Shown here in pieces: positions 1 to 15,657 of a stretch of 64,000 bases of DNA. Location of the stretch: NCBI GenBank assembly GCA_951406725.2, contig OX597816.1:4030001-4094000 (forward strand), written 5' to 3'. A program made the translations under genes and the position numbers. The DNA is from Octopus vulgaris (lineage: Eukaryota). Each line of letters starts with the position of its first letter. Position 1 is the stretch's first letter. The notes beneath the pieces are model-generated. The model was not told the DNA's origin. It saw only the letters and a list, made by a program, of their open reading frames with translations, and did not search any database.

Positions 1-815
1 CATTTTTGTGGCTTATCAGCATCACGTACCTGAACCGAATTGGAGGCGAACTAAATCACGTTTAAATGACTCTATGTAAAATAGTGTAATGGCCACCTAC
101 TAATATGCCCCAAGGCAGCATGCGAAGGAATAATTTCAAGTAGGAATTATAAGCAGCGCCAGTCTTCTAAACACTATCGAACACACATACTCAGTGCACT
201 AACAGGACTTCTTTGCTGGTAGGCTGCGATTTGATGCGGTGGAGATGAATCGCACAAACCACTGTGTGTTCAACAAACACACACACACATATATATATAT
301 ACAGTAAAGGAAATAATTCTATTCTCAAACGTAGGATAATGCTAATAATATACTGTGAACAGGATAAACTATCCATATTTTGCAGAAAAACTTGTCGGCG
401 GCCAGCAATGAGACTGGAACGCACATCCCTGTGATTATGCTTCAAGTGCTTTACCATTAAGCTAAACTACCCCAACAACAAGCTTTATATATATATAGAT
501 ATATATGCGTGTGTGTGTGTGTGTGTGCGTGTGTGCGTGTGTGTGTGTGTGTGTGTATGCATGTATATACATAAATATTAGAGACCTGCAGGTGGTGGAT
601 GTGTTCTCAAATGAAACTAGGTTTCTTACTGTCAAGTGTCCCAGATGAACCAACTTCACAGTAGGAAGTGCAAATGAGGGCAGCGCCGTCAAACGCCCCC
701 GTGCACCAAATGGCGGTGCCCCAGCATGGCCATAGCTCGTGAGCCGAAATTAGTTAAATTCAATTCATATATATACAAGAGAGAGAGAGAGAGAGCTAGA
801 CAGAGACAGACAGAC

Positions 816-920
<105 letters not shown>

Positions 921-1162
921 TACACGCATATATTGATACATATACAAATGTATATGAAGGAAAAGAGAGTTTAAATAAATCTAAACGAATTCCTCTTTAA
1001 GCATTCTACAGAAACTGAATCCGGTTAACTAAATTGTCCAGTCATTAATACGACAATCCGTATAAATTGTTATACTTTCTCGTAACAGGTACTATTTATA
1101 AATTCCGTGTGGAATTGAGGCAATTAAACTTGGTATATTAATAACAGAGTATGCTAGAAATA

Positions 1163-1195
<33 letters not shown>

Positions 1196-1585
1196 TCTTT
1201 ATATATAAAAGAGAAGTTGTGTGTCTGTCTCCTACGATTTAGATTCCTAACTACTCCCACATTTTGCGGTGCAGTGTAACCAAAAGCGGGTATCTTATAG
1301 TCGTGATTCATATCGAGCCCTTCTGGGTATTAGCGTGCGTCAACGATGAGTCTACGATTTTAAAAATAATTTACCATCATTTTTTCCATTTTAATGCATT
1401 TGTTTCGCTAAGGGAAGTAACTCTCTAAAAATGACTACGATGAGTCAGCGACTTAAAAAAAAAATTACCATCATTTTTTTTCCATTTTTAATGCATTTTT
1501 TTGCTATTTTTGGCTATAACTCTCTAAAAATGCTTATATAGTTATTTCCCTTACAAACCCGAGCAACGCCGGGCGATACTGCTAG
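1196..1585 (+). mobile_element. Non-autonomous Helitron
   Basis: A|TC 5' end (tctttatatataaaa), 3' hairpin cccgagcaacgccggg followed by CTAG|T, no TSD. Confidence 0.8.
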
Positions 1586-2155
1586 TAATATATATAGTTG
1601 GAATTGTATTGCAACAAGCTACAAGAGAGCAAGTTAGAAGTATCTTAACGATAATGTTCAAGAACAGATGTTTTTATTATGATGGAAATGGTAACGATGG
1701 CGATAGAGTTGATGGCGGTGACAATAGCGATGAGGTCCCATAACTAAGGAAGAGGAAACGGCATTTTACTTGTTTAGTTTTCGCGGTGAACATTGTGGGT
1801 AAGCGATCCGATCATAAGGTCGCGGTTTCGATTCCTGCACTGGATATCGCTCTGTCATATCTAACAACGCCCTTCGTTTTACGTTGCGACTTCAGCCAGC
1901 ATGGTCACAAAGATTATTTGTTAAGTGTTACAAAAGTACATTCTCTTTCAAGACTTCACATCATTCCTCATGGGTTAGAGGATATCTACGCCTGCTCGCA
2001 ACCACGTTGCCGTATTAGTGTCACGATCCTCCGTACACATCATAGTTTGTACTCATTTGCCAGTGATGTCGAAAGGAATTTAGAATTCAACGTTAAGTTT
2101 TATTGATATTAGCATCTTGCGATTGTTCTGAAGCACTACTAACTTGTTTAGTGGA

Positions 2156-2211
<56 letters not shown>

Positions 2212-2287
2212 TCATATGTGCGTGTATGTATACATGCATACACATACTTATAAACACACACCATATATATTCACATATGTACCTGTC

Positions 2288-2349
<62 letters not shown>

Positions 2350-2374
2350 GTTATTATTATAGTAAGTTGTTCGT

Positions 2375-2745
2375 CTTTAAGTTCTGAGCTCAAATTTCGC
2401 CGAGGTCGACTTTGCTCTTCATCCTGCCGGAGTTGATTAAATATGTGCCAGTGAAACACTGAGGTCAATGTAATTCACTCGACCCCTCCCCCAAATTTTA
2501 AGCCTTCTAAATAGTGTAGAAAGGATTATTATTATTGTGGCGAGCTGGCCGAATAGGTTGCAAGCCGGGAAATAATGTTTAGCAACATTTACGCCCGTCT
2601 TTACGTTCTGATTTCAAATTCTGCTGAGGTCGACTTTGTCTATCTTTTTTTCGTGGTCGAAGAAGTAAGCACTATTTGAGCCCAGGCGTCCATATAACAA
2701 CCTAGCCCAGAATTTCAGGCCTTGTGCCTAGAGTAGAAAAGATTA
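2375..2745 (+). mobile_element. Two degraded tRNA-derived Nin/Deu-domain SINE copies
   Basis: B-box-like gagttcaaat variants plus the core gaggtcgactttgc...catc...gtcga, present twice. Confidence 0.7.
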
Positions 2746-3179
2746 TCATTTGTGGAAAAGAATTATATCAATTTCATATATATATTTCTTCAGAATAGTA
2801 CTACAGCTCAGCTTTTACAAATATTCGTGAACTTACACCTATATCGTTGAATATTCTCAAGTATTGTTGATTTTTTAAAATATTAAAACTAATTTCTTCA
2901 TGTTATTTTTAACTACAATTTGATATTCAAATGATATTTAAATTTGATATTTAATTAAAATAAAATCAAGCCTTTCGGTATTTTCCGGCTTAATTTATGA
3001 GTACACTATTGAAATTTTTAGAATGTAAACATTCATTCAACAAAAAAACATGATATCGTGTTATAGGAATATATTCGCCAGAGGCATAAATGGTGAATAA
3101 ATATGAAAGAGCAGAAAATGGTATTGGAATCATGTTTGCGAATTTGGTTGAGAATGAGACACGAAAGAGGTTTTTGTTT

Positions 3180-3387
3180 TATTCTTTTACTTGTTTCAGT
3201 CATTTCACTGCGGCCATGCTGGAGTACAGCCGTTAGTCGAACAAATCGACCCCAAGACTTATTCGTTGTAAGCCTAGTACTTATTCTATCGGTCTCATTT
3301 GCCGAACCGCTAGGCTACGGGGACATAAACACACCGGCATTGGTAGGGAAGCGATGATGGGAGGTGGACAAACACACGCACATACAA

Positions 3388-3423
<36 letters not shown>

Positions 3424-3768
3424 AGGGTGAGAAATTGGATATTAATTCAATTAACGTCAATTTAACAACAGTGGTCTAGCATATTAAAATACGAAGGTTC
3501 AGTAAATTGTATTATATACATATGAGAGGGATGACTACTATGTGGACAACCCTTATGCAAGAAATAGATCCGCTATGGTCTTACCACACACACACATACA
3601 CACGTGTGTGTGACGGGTTTCTTTCAGTTTCCGTCTACCAAATCCACTCACAAGGCTTTGGTCAGCCCGAGGTTATAGTAGAAGACACTTGCCCAAGGTA
3701 CCACACAGTGAGACTGAACCCAGAACCATGTGGTTGGGATTGAAGCTTCTTACCACACAGCCACATTT
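3180..3768 (-). mobile_element. CORE-domain tRNA SINE with internal microsatellite, interrupted by an insertion
   Basis: Minus strand has ccttgggcaagtgtcttc (CORE-like) and the family tail ccagcatggccgcag...tgactgaaacaagtaaaag. Confidence 0.75.
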
Positions 3769-4003
3769 CTTCGCTAAAGTTATAAACAATAATTTCAGCC
3801 CTTGTTAATTCATTTGCCGGGATTGCTTCTGGTTGACGGGACCTAATGATGCTGAAACACAAAATGTTCTAAAGTCCCTTGTACTAACAAATGGAATGTA
3901 TTATGACCATATATTCGTCGTAAAAATAGAAGCTGTTCTCCGGTGACGAAATACAACAACGATCAGTATTTCTTTATTTAAGAGATGAGGAATTATGTAC
4001 GTT

Positions 4004-4250
4004 ATTTACATTATTTATATTTGACGGATACTTGTCCTCATCTTGTTTGTTGTTTACACAACGTTTCGGCTGATATATACCCCAACCTTCATCAGGTTTC
4101 TTGGGAAAATTTCGAACCTTGGTTCTCATTGCTAAGGTTCGAAATTTCCCCTAGATACCTGATGGAGGCTGGAGGGTATATCAACCGAAACGTTGTGTTA
4201 ACAACAAACAAGATGAGGACAAATATCTGTCAAATGTAAATAATGTAAAT
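4004..4250. repeat. Inverted repeat of about 120-bp arms, each carrying a hammerhead-like motif (Penelope-type pseudo-LTR)
   Basis: Arms 4004-4121 and 4132-4250 are reverse complements. Minus arm: CTGATGAAGGTTG...CAGCCGAAACGTT. Plus arm: CTGATGGAGGCTG...CAACCGAAACGTT. Confidence 0.8.
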
Positions 4251-5122
4251 ATTGTAAATAATGTTTTGTTTGGGGATTTGGTTTGCTAAATTCTTTATAT
4301 GAGTTCGTGTGTTGAAGCTTATTCTGTTGTGTCTGGGGGGGAGTCATTTTCTTTTTGTGCTTTATAATGTAACACACTCACCGGTATAATTTCCACTTTT
4401 TTCTTATTTTTTTTTATTTTCCTAAAACTTTTGTTGCATCTTGCAACCTTTCAATAGTTTTGTAAATAATGAACAATCAGCATATTCCTGTTCGAATCAG
4501 GCAGAATATATTGACAAGAAATATGCAAATCATTGAAATTTAATTCATATCTATTTGAAAAAATGGCATCGATGTGAATAACAGAAATGGTTTTCTAATG
4601 TAAGTTTCCAAAGTTGTTACATCATTCTTTGCAATCTTGAAATGTTTCAGGAAAATGTTACAAAAAAAAAAAATCGTTAGAATTCTGCATCCATTCGGTG
4701 AACTAAATGTCAATGCTCCTGGTCAGGATTGTTTGGAATTTCAATTAAATAAGGAATATGAACAATAAAAAACAAACTAAACTTTAAAGAATTACCAGGA
4801 AAAAGAAAAAAGTAACCTGGAAAAGGAAGATAGAAAGAAATATTAAGAATCTTCTGGAAGCAAAACATGAGAATTGGATTGGCAAGTTTAAATTGAACAA
4901 ATAAACTAAGTTTTCTCTGTTGATTAGGGATTATGTGCACGGGGAAATATAATAATGTTTACTAAAGCTCTAAATCTATTGAGAGAGAGGGGAAGAGAGA
5001 GAGACAAGAGGAGAGAAAAGGAGAGGGGGAGAAAAAAGAGAGAGAACGGGAGAGACAGAGAGTAACGAAAATGTGCTTAACAATGAGAATAACTAAGAGG
5101 CAGCTGCTGGAATTGGTTAGAG

Positions 5123-5532
<410 letters not shown>

Positions 5533-6555
5533 GTTTAGAGTATTAAAGATGGTGCCGATGATGATGATGATGATGATGATGACGATGACGAAGACGACGA
5601 TGATGATAATGATGATGGTGATGATGATGGTGACGATGACGATGATGATGATAAAGTACTCGCACCTATAATTATGATATGATTACAAAGTGCTTCTGAA
5701 TATTTATTCCCGAAAAGAACCAAAAACGCAAAAGAAAGAACAATTAAAAATGTATTTGTATTAGAATGCAACAGAGCATGGCAGAAAACAGCTCCAACTC
5801 AATTCATATTTAATCCATTTTCCTTAATTAAAATTTCAGAGTTTTATCCCTCATCAGCCTTTTTGTTTTTCCTAGAATTAGTTACATAAAATTATAGCTC
5901 TCACCAGCAAGAACAGCGTCCAATTTAATATTATAAATATTCATGACGCATTTGTTTCCGAGAATTTTCACAAGACATTCTTTTAATTTACATCACCAAT
6001 CTCTTTTCATCGACGACCCTCCTCTAATATTTCCGTTGTCTGTTCAGATTTGCAGTAACTGCAGACAATACTTGACTGACGTGGTCCAACAAAATAAAAA
6101 CATGTCCGCAATTGTCAGAGGAGACGTAAAGGTCAAACTCGCCATTACATTCTATATTTATCCAATTTTGATTGACCAGAATGTCGGGCTTGTTTCTCTT
6201 TGCGTTTTTTACACAAGGTATCTTTTAAAAATGTTTGTTTTCATTCCTGTTAGTAACTAAATGTACGGCAGAAAAAATTCCAAATGAATCCATATTTAAT
6301 TCACTTTCCTAAATTAAAATTTCAACGCCCATGTCATCACAGGGATATCAATTATCTTAGAGGAATTTTCTCTCTATGTTCTAGTAATTCCATTTTGGTT
6401 TGCTACCATTCTAAAACTGGTGAAAGCAAAGCGAAAATTTTTGACAGTAAGAAGATATAGGCCCAAGTAAATTGGAAGGGAGGGGTTAATCCTTATTATC
6501 GACCACCTACCCGGCCCTTTAAATGGCTAACCATGGGTCAAAATCAGAAACCATC

Positions 6556-6609
<54 letters not shown>

Positions 6610-6610
6610 G

Positions 6611-7137
6611 CGTCAGAAAGCAGCGCATGCCATCAAAGTGACACTGGGGTAAAATATACGCAGCCTAGTATCCTCATCACGACTACCCGTCTGATAAGGG
6701 TACACCAGGCACATGCATCACGACCATATGTACGCGACACGGTGATCTCATATTAAGGTAAACAGCGCATGATTTTGCAGGTGGGGATTAATTAGAATTT
6801 TCTTCTGGTCGAGTAGGCCACCCCACTCAAAAAGACCCTGAATAAGGATTGTTTAAGGATGTTGAACGAAACACCCATGTTTCCAAAGGTGAATTATTCA
6901 AACCTCTAAGAGTTCCTTTCAACACTAGGCTATAATGCTCCTCCACTACTTCTGCTCGTGATCAGAGATGCACATATCGTCAGCCACTACGGGACATGGT
7001 CAACTGGTTACGGTCAAACAACTGACAAGCAAGTCTGTGGTACTGAGCAGAATATTTGCTGTAGTCCATCATTTTACTCCAAGACAAAACAATGTACATG
7101 ATAATACTTCCAATCATTTAAGCTCAGAAGCCATGGA

Positions 7138-7138
<1 letters not shown>
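6611..7138. mobile_element. Interspersed element embedded in an (ATT)n tract
   Basis: Flanked on both sides by (att)n; homologous pieces at about 25790-26085 and 26462-26852. Confidence 0.6.
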
Positions 7139-7173
<35 letters not shown>

Positions 7174-8149
7174 GAAGCTCGAAAAATAAATGTGAAATCA
7201 TTTTCTCTGACGAAAATGCTTTCAATGTTGTGCAAAATGAGTTACAACCTAGGAACGAAAAATAACGATATAAAAGGCGGCAGAATCTGTTTCATAATAT
7301 TTTCTTGAGAGAAAATGAGACGAAATTATTTTGTGTCGTTGAGGAGTCCAATAGGAAACATATTCACTGCTCTTCCTATGTGTAAGGGCATTGCCTATGT
7401 CATTAACAGATTAACAACTTGAGCCATTTCATATCGTTTTGTAGAATCGGTTTTAAATATGACAGAACTATATTAGACAAATATACCTAGAGAAATATAC
7501 TGAAAAAATACTGCAATAAGTATGACACCGAACAAGCGAATGTCCCTTCAGTAAAAGATGGTCTAAAACTATTGGATGTCAGGGAACCATAGAAAAAAAC
7601 CAGTCAGGAAGATTGTCTACTAAATTTCCAAATCACTCAAAGTCTTGTAAAAGATCCTTGTTGAATATGATAAAAATGGTTGCTAACCTATCCTATTCAC
7701 AACAGCAACATTCTTCTAAATCCAGTTTACTGAAGCGGAATCTAAAGAAGCGGCAGTCACATATACACCGATAGCAAGTTATGAACAAGCATAAAATTCA
7801 TCACCATTTTTATTCCATGAGTATTTCTTGAACGTGATTCGCCATACAGAGTGGGGAGTTAGCAAAATCGTTAGCATACCGGACAAAATATTTAACGGCA
7901 TTTCTTCCGGTTTTACTTTCTGAGTTTGAATTCCGCCGAGGCCGGTTGTACATTTCAGCCTTTTGGGGGGTAGATAAAATAAGTACCAGATAAGCACCAG
8001 ATGCGCACTGGGGTCGATGAAATCGAAAAGCCTCCTCTACCAAAATTTCAGATGTTGTGCTTCTTGTAGAAAGCAATGGTGCATATAGGTAGAGAAAACT
8101 ATGTCTGGGTTTGATATATAAATCCATCCCGGGTGGGAAAGCAGATACA

Positions 8150-8930
8150 ACTTACGCATGACACAATAACATGCCATCAACACTGGATACGGATAAATTT
8201 ACCCGTATTCCTCTCAGTAGATATTTCTTTCCTTATACATATCTTCCAAATTATTTCTAACGGGTCTTCAGAGGGTATCTTAACAGCTTCAGTGTTGTTA
8301 CTGCGTATTGCCTTTCAGAATTCTTTTAGAATGTTTCTAAACGCATTATTTCAAAAATAACACTTTCGCTAATTCTATACCACTGTAATTTATTTTGTAA
8401 AAAGAGTATATTGTGTTTTAAATCTTCCAGAAATTTCAGTCATCCGTCAGAGTGAGAAGATGTGAGGTGCAATGTAGCCAGTCTTAACCAAAATTTTGCC
8501 GAGAGCCCACAGTCTCCGAAAGGTCAGACAGAAGCGGTGGATTTCTCCACGGTTTCCGTTATCGTTTTACCGCATGAACGTTATGCCTGGCTCTGATTTC
8601 CGTCTGTTCAAATTGGAGAGTCTACTTTTCAATCTCTTGTAGAAAGGTCACATTTCATTGGTCAAACCATCGGCTGACAGCACTCTCTGTATGTAAACTT
8701 TAACCACAAGACGATAAGGAAGCTTGCGCTAATACTGTGCCGCTTTCACAGATTTCTAGAGTGCAGATGCCGTTTGACACGTATATCTTTTCGTACATCA
8801 TATTGTTTGCCAAACTGCAGTCATAGCTCAAGCAAAAACCAAGAGAGTAGGCCTGACACGTAGAATATCGCTAGGTGGCGCTCACTGTATTCTACTAGTT
8901 GAGAAACAAGAGTGCAAACTACAGAAGGCA
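8150..8930 (-). mobile_element. Possible highly degraded Tc1/mariner remnant
   Basis: Minus-strand fragments resemble mariner C-terminal motifs (IAP-like segment near 8470, EAVK segment, ERG..K segment) and a ctaggtggcgc subterminal motif; many stops and frameshifts. Confidence 0.3.
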
Positions 8931-10427
8931 GGTGATTGAGAAATGTTATGAGGTTCTCGGGAAAGCTCAAGGTCTTGCTGTTATGGAAATACTGTGGGAA
9001 TTATTCGTATCACAAATGAATTAGTAATATGATGAAAGGTTTTGGAGCTTTTGTCTTGCTCATTGTTAGAGACCTCAACGATATTTTGAAAGAAGGTGAG
9101 GTGAAGTGGGAAGTGCTGTCCTCAACAGAATTTATTGAAAAATGAGTGTGAGAAAAATGGTAAAAACGCAAGAATAAGTGGAAGCATTGTAAGAAGAATC
9201 TTGTAAGTCTGAGGAGGGCAGTTGTGATGATACTTAGCCTTGGAGTATGGGCTAATCTTGGATATCTGATCCTAGATAGATAGGCTTCTATATAAGAAAC
9301 GCACTTCATCACCGCCGTTTTCCTTTAATCTATATTTGCCTTTCATGGTTCTCTCCTTTCGGTTTTTCTGAGTTTAATGCCCAAACTTACGATTTAAAAG
9401 AAAAAAAAATTCTCCCCTTCGTATCTTTATGGTGAGAATTTAAAGAAAGCATCTTCACCGTCGTCGTCATCGTCGTCGTCTGTTGTTTTGATAATTACTT
9501 TTACTACCTTATCACCTCATAATCTAAAAGATAATATTAATCTAAATAACAACAATATTATTACCAATATTTTATATAATAAAGGTAAAACAATCACTTC
9601 ATTAAAATGAATAACAATATTTTGTAGTATAAATCCCCCAAATAAAGCACCTATACACAAAACCATTATTGACATGTGTATATTCCTATCAAGATAACTT
9701 CCTAACGCGTGGAAAACCTGATAGCATCTATTTTCCTAAAATTAAACGATGTTTCTTTATGTTGGAAAATTAGGACGGCATGACAGCAGTGAAGAATGGC
9801 GGACAAAAGAGCCATACGAAAGAAGCGCAGACTGAATGGAGAAGAGGAGGGGAGATAACTGGTGATAAATTCGGAAACAACTTTTCCCAGCCTAATGTTT
9901 ACTTTTACAATTCACATACAAATACCTGCAACATGAAAAACAAAGTTGTCTGCTGACGAAACAGATGAAAATAATTGTTGCTATGAGTGCCTCACGGGGA
10001 TTTAAGATTTTGGGATTCACCATTCCAGTAACGGTTTTTAGATATCTGCGTGTGAAGCTGGGGTTTTGGACAGGTACTAATCTTTACCAAAATACATGAA
10101 TAATAAGAAAAATTAAAGAGATGCAAACAGAAGATAACAAAAGGAAAAAGAATCGATAAAAATGTTTAATCTTTTGTGTTGTTCGAAATTTCCTAATTTC
10201 TAGGACTAAACCTGTCTTTTGTAAACGATTAGAAACAACTAAAAATGTGTTGTTATTACAGTGCATTGTTGTGCCATTCAAATCACATTATTACTATTTT
10301 TCATTATTGTCTACAAACTAAAAAATTGCATTTTGTTGATGAAAGTGTTCCAAGTTCTCTATAAATGTTTACTATAAAGATTATCATAATTGATTGAGTT
10401 GGATAAAGATTATATTTGTTTGATATA

Positions 10428-10815
10428 TATTTCTTTACTACCCACAGGTGGCTAAACACAGAGGGGACAAACGGATTAGGTCGATTACATCAACCCCAGT
10501 GCGTAGCTGGTACTTATTTAATCGACCCCGAAAGGATGAAAGGCAAAGTCGACCTCGACGGAATTTGAACTCAGAACATAGCGGCAGACGAAATACCTAT
10601 TTCTTTACTACCCACAAGGTGTTAAACACAGAGAGGACAAACAAGGACAGACAAACGGATTAAGTCGATTATATCGATCTCAGTGTGTAACTGGTGCTTA
10701 TCTAATTGACCCCAAAAGGATGAAAGGCAAAGTCGACCTCGGCGGAATTTGAACTCAGAACGAAATACGGCTACGCATTTCGCCCTGTGTGCTAACGATT
10801 CTGCCAGCTCGCCGC
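10428..10815 (-). mobile_element. Nin/Deu-domain SINE dimer (head, body, second body)
   Basis: Two body units joined at gaaatacctatttc (10590-10603); tRNA-like head ends near 10815. Confidence 0.85.
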
Positions 10816-11994
10816 TCTCAATATTTGTTTAGTATAGCACACTTCTGCATAACAATCAAATTAAAACTCCCATGAGAACTGTTCTGTTTCGTATTTTTTT
10901 GTGTCATATTTACTTAAATTATTTCAGTATATGGGACATAAACCGCAGTTATGTTGGTTATTGCATCTAACGTTGTTTCCACTACAGACGTGAGGTAGAG
11001 AGTTTCTATGCTACAACAAACTATATTGTAATCATAAATAACAGAAGCATTTAATGTAATTATGGACGCTGTCGGCCATATTTTACAGCGAAATAAAAAA
11101 TATTTTATTGGTGAATTCATGGAGTGTGTTAAACATCACTGAAACACATCAAATTTATAAAACAAAATCTGAACAAAAACTATTAAAAATCATGATTACA
11201 AAACGTCATATTTCGATAATTTATATATTTACTGCTCCATTTTTGCATTTTTGCTCATATTTTACTGAAATTGGGAGAAATGTTTTGCATTAAAATAAAG
11301 CAGTTTTTAACTGTCAAAATACAAATTTTTACGAGTTTTTGCTGTCTTTAGTTTAGCGATTTTTATGAAATATTCTGAGACAATATCCTTATTTTCAGTT
11401 TGTCTTAAAGTTTGGCTGCAGACCGAAGCAAAATTCAAGAGTAATGTGTTTCTAATAACATGACAACTTATTAGAATGCAGGATACGATCTTTGGTTCTT
11501 ATATCAAATTACATTGTTATAATTTATGATCACTCAACACATCAGTGTTCATGCATTGTATTAATTTGTATTCTGAATATGTCTGCCATATAGCACACAT
11601 CATTATAGCATCATTCTGGTTGGCTCCCAGAAAATTCATTAATTAATTCATTTATATTTTGTGAGGAATAATCGAGTTGGTATTTATATTTCATCTACAG
11701 AGCTATACACTTAGAAGTTACATTAACAGAATGTAAAATCACCAAAGTTATCTAAACTTATTAATTAGTTAAATGTGGTAGATTGTATTCTTTTAGTCTT
11801 TCATTCTTAGTCCTTTGACTGCGGCCATGCTCGAGCAATGCCTTTAACAATATCCTAAATTAAAGCAAAGAGAATGTGACATGTTAGCAACGGAATTCAT
11901 TTTTACAGCTCACGGACACTTTAAGTGTTAAGCTACAGAAACTAATGAATTCAGTATTCTAGTTCCTGATAGTAAGATGATGGAATTATATATG

Positions 11995-12428
<434 letters not shown>

Positions 12429-14962
12429 TTATGTATGTATATACATCTCTCTCTCTATATATATATAATGTATATTTACATATATATATGTGTGTACACA
12501 TATATGTATATATATATATGTATATATATATATATGAATATATATATATATGTATGTATATATACATGCATAATGTAAGCATGTATACAGCATTCGAATG
12601 CGACACAACCGCACACACATACACCCAAATCTCCAAGCACATACCGATATAGATATAACAGTCCTACAACCTCTGTCATTATAATAAAACAGATAGCTTT
12701 CTCGTATCATTTACATAGGATGGATCATAAAGCAACTTCTCAAACATCAATTCAGATTCGAATATTTATCCTTTTGTTGGATAGAAACTGAATAAATTGC
12801 ATATTTCAAGACTGCTTTGCAAAATTCTTTAAAACTTCGACCTTAACCCATAACTTTTCCCCTCCCCAAATATATCGTTGCTATTATGTTAAACTCTCCT
12901 ATGTCCAAATTTGGTCAAGTGCGTTTTGGTTTTCAATCCTTCATTTTGCTTGCAATAGCAGGTTTTTTGGGTCAAACAATCGTATCTCCAGCTGCTTCAG
13001 ATGGCAAGATTATGAAAATTGCCAAAGTGTGGTACAACGGTTTAGCATCTGTCACAAATCCCGTAAGATCTATATACGATGTTTTGCAAAAATATTTCTG
13101 ACTGGAAATATCATACATGCATGGAGTTACGATTTTATCCACCCAACAAAGGATTTTGTTAAACTGAAACTGTTGCTAATGTAAAAAGAAAAGGAATGGT
13201 GAAACTATTTTTTCGTTTTCTGAAGAAGCAACGGTTTGGACTTACGACACTTTTGCATAGTAGCAGCGATATATATTCGAAATATGCATAAATCAGTTAT
13301 ATGCTTATTCCGGTAGCTTAAATATCAGTTATAAACTGGAAATTGATTCAACTGTAAACCATACCTCAACGCTACGAATTTGATACATGATGATGAAATT
13401 AGAAAACATTATTTATTTTATGTATTTAAATACAATAAACTAAAACATCCTCAAATCTTTATATGAAAAGTAGCCACCTCCTACGAACTATACATTCAAA
13501 TTCTCATATATTTAAGGGGGAAATTTCTTCACAGATTCCAGCACTGATGGCTATTTTATTATGATAGAAAAGCATTGTCCAAAGTATTTGATAAAATCTC
13601 CTCATAATTTATTTTTAGCCATAATTTTTTGAAATTGAAAATAGAAGAGGATATGTTAGTGCTACTGTAGTACATAAGACACGTTTAATAAACTATGTTA
13701 AATGATTTCCTGTCATGAATCTAAACGGTTCAAATACAGAAGAATTTACTAGCATTTGTAACTTCCTGACAATATCGAAAATCGATATCCCGGTTGCGTC
13801 AGTGATGAAGTTTATCACTTATAATTTACAAAAATGCATAACAGAGACCCATTGCAAATAAAAGATTTAAATTAAGTATATCTATTATCATAAAATTGTA
13901 TTTGCTCTGTAAATTTCTGCTATATTGAAACATTCAAAATATATTCCAATTTATATGGGGAATATTATGACAAGTAATAAATAATAGAAAATACATAAAA
14001 AGCTAAAAGTAAATGGAGTTCTCGAAAATCTAAATATCTTGAGATTGCCTTTACTATCAGGCATAAGTTTAAGATTTAATCATATAATTTATAACCTCGT
14101 AAATTATTAAAGTTTATAGTGATTTATTATAAAACATTGAGTAAAATAAATTATTTAATTCTATATGAGAGAATTTCAAGTTTTGTCTAATAAGCATGTA
14201 GAATTTATAACTCAAAGATATGCCAGACACGTCTAACCACGGAAGGATCACTTGATAAAACATATGAACTCATCCGTTGATAAAATCGCACAAACGTTTA
14301 TGTCTGAATTTAACTTTTGCACTAAAATTATATTATTATGTTAGATGCGTTTTATTAATGGCATATGTTTTATAAGCTTTTGACAAATGGTTAAGTCGAT
14401 ATCATTATTTTATTTTAAATGCCTATTTTGGTTTATATACTTTTTTTTCTCTTAACTGACACAAGTCTAGCATGTTCAGCACAATTTAAGTGGCTCAACC
14501 AACTGAAACAAACCGTATGATGTTAACAAAAACCTTTTCATTGCCAGCTGAGGAAAGAATAGCCGAAATCCAATTTAAGACCTTTATAAAACGGAATTAA
14601 GAGAAGTTTCGTTAAAATAGTCTATTCTAAACCAATATACGATAAAATAGAGAGTGTACATCTATTTTCGACCAAGGAGACATTATACAAGAATTTATAT
14701 GCCGTTTATTCGGCTTTGGTTTTTTCCAATCATTTTTCTATGTGGTAGCTGTTCACGCGGATCTTTCTCTTTTGCATTAATATTTATACTCATATACAAA
14801 TCTACGATAATTGCCGTGCTAATGGTTGCTCGTTGAATGCTATGCATGAATTTAAACAACATAGCTGGCATCACATATAGAGATAGCGATTTAATGGATA
14901 AAGAATTGAAGCTGTCAGAAACATATAATGTATTGTCAAACAGATACATGTTGATAATTAGA

Positions 14963-15029
<67 letters not shown>

Positions 15030-15174
15030 GAATATTTTCTAAAGATAATGATAATTTATTTGAATTTTGAATTTATACTTGTTCGTTAATGTTCGTTTGG
15101 AAGTTGCGAGGCCTTCAGCTGAACAGACTCGCATGGAATGGTAAATCTATTCTTAGAAATAGCTTATGTAGAAA

Positions 15175-15234
15175 GCCTAGCTGATGAGCTTTAAGTGACG
15201 TCCGGAACAGAAAGCGAAATCAATTGAAACTGGC
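15175..15234 (+). ncRNA. Degenerate type I hammerhead ribozyme motif
   Basis: gcctag-CTGATGA-GCTTT...AAAGC-GAAA-tcaattga(palindrome)-AA-ctggc; the U16.1 position is mutated to A. Confidence 0.55.
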
Positions 15235-15422
15235 AGATCTACCCTCCTCTTTGTAGTTTCACAAATGGAGACGATTGTTTTGCTTTTAGTATATTTGATA
15301 CATTCTGCATGTCTGTTTACATACACTGAGAGATGCGTGGCTTTGGAGGGTTTTAACTCTTCTTTCTAGCAAACAGGTGCATATTGTACCCTGACTTGTA
15401 ATATATATAAACATTACTTGTA

Positions 15423-15503
<81 letters not shown>

Positions 15504-15623
15504 GTGTGTCTGTGTGTCTGTCTGTCTCTCTGTCTTCCTGTTTGTCAGTCTGCCTGTCTGTCTATCTGACTATCTATATATCTGTCAATCTATATGTATA
15601 TGTATATGTATCTCTCTATATAA

Positions 15624-15657
<34 letters not shown>

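Noticed and set aside
5670-5770. LFGNKYSEAL peptide as candidate globin H-helix exon
   Set aside because: Similarity too weak, no convincing splice acceptor, runs into a triplet repeat.
8220-8310. Minus-strand EAVKI...ED segment resembling the missing globin exon 3
   Set aside because: Needs frameshifts, lacks a suitable acceptor, and fits the surrounding mariner-like remnant better.
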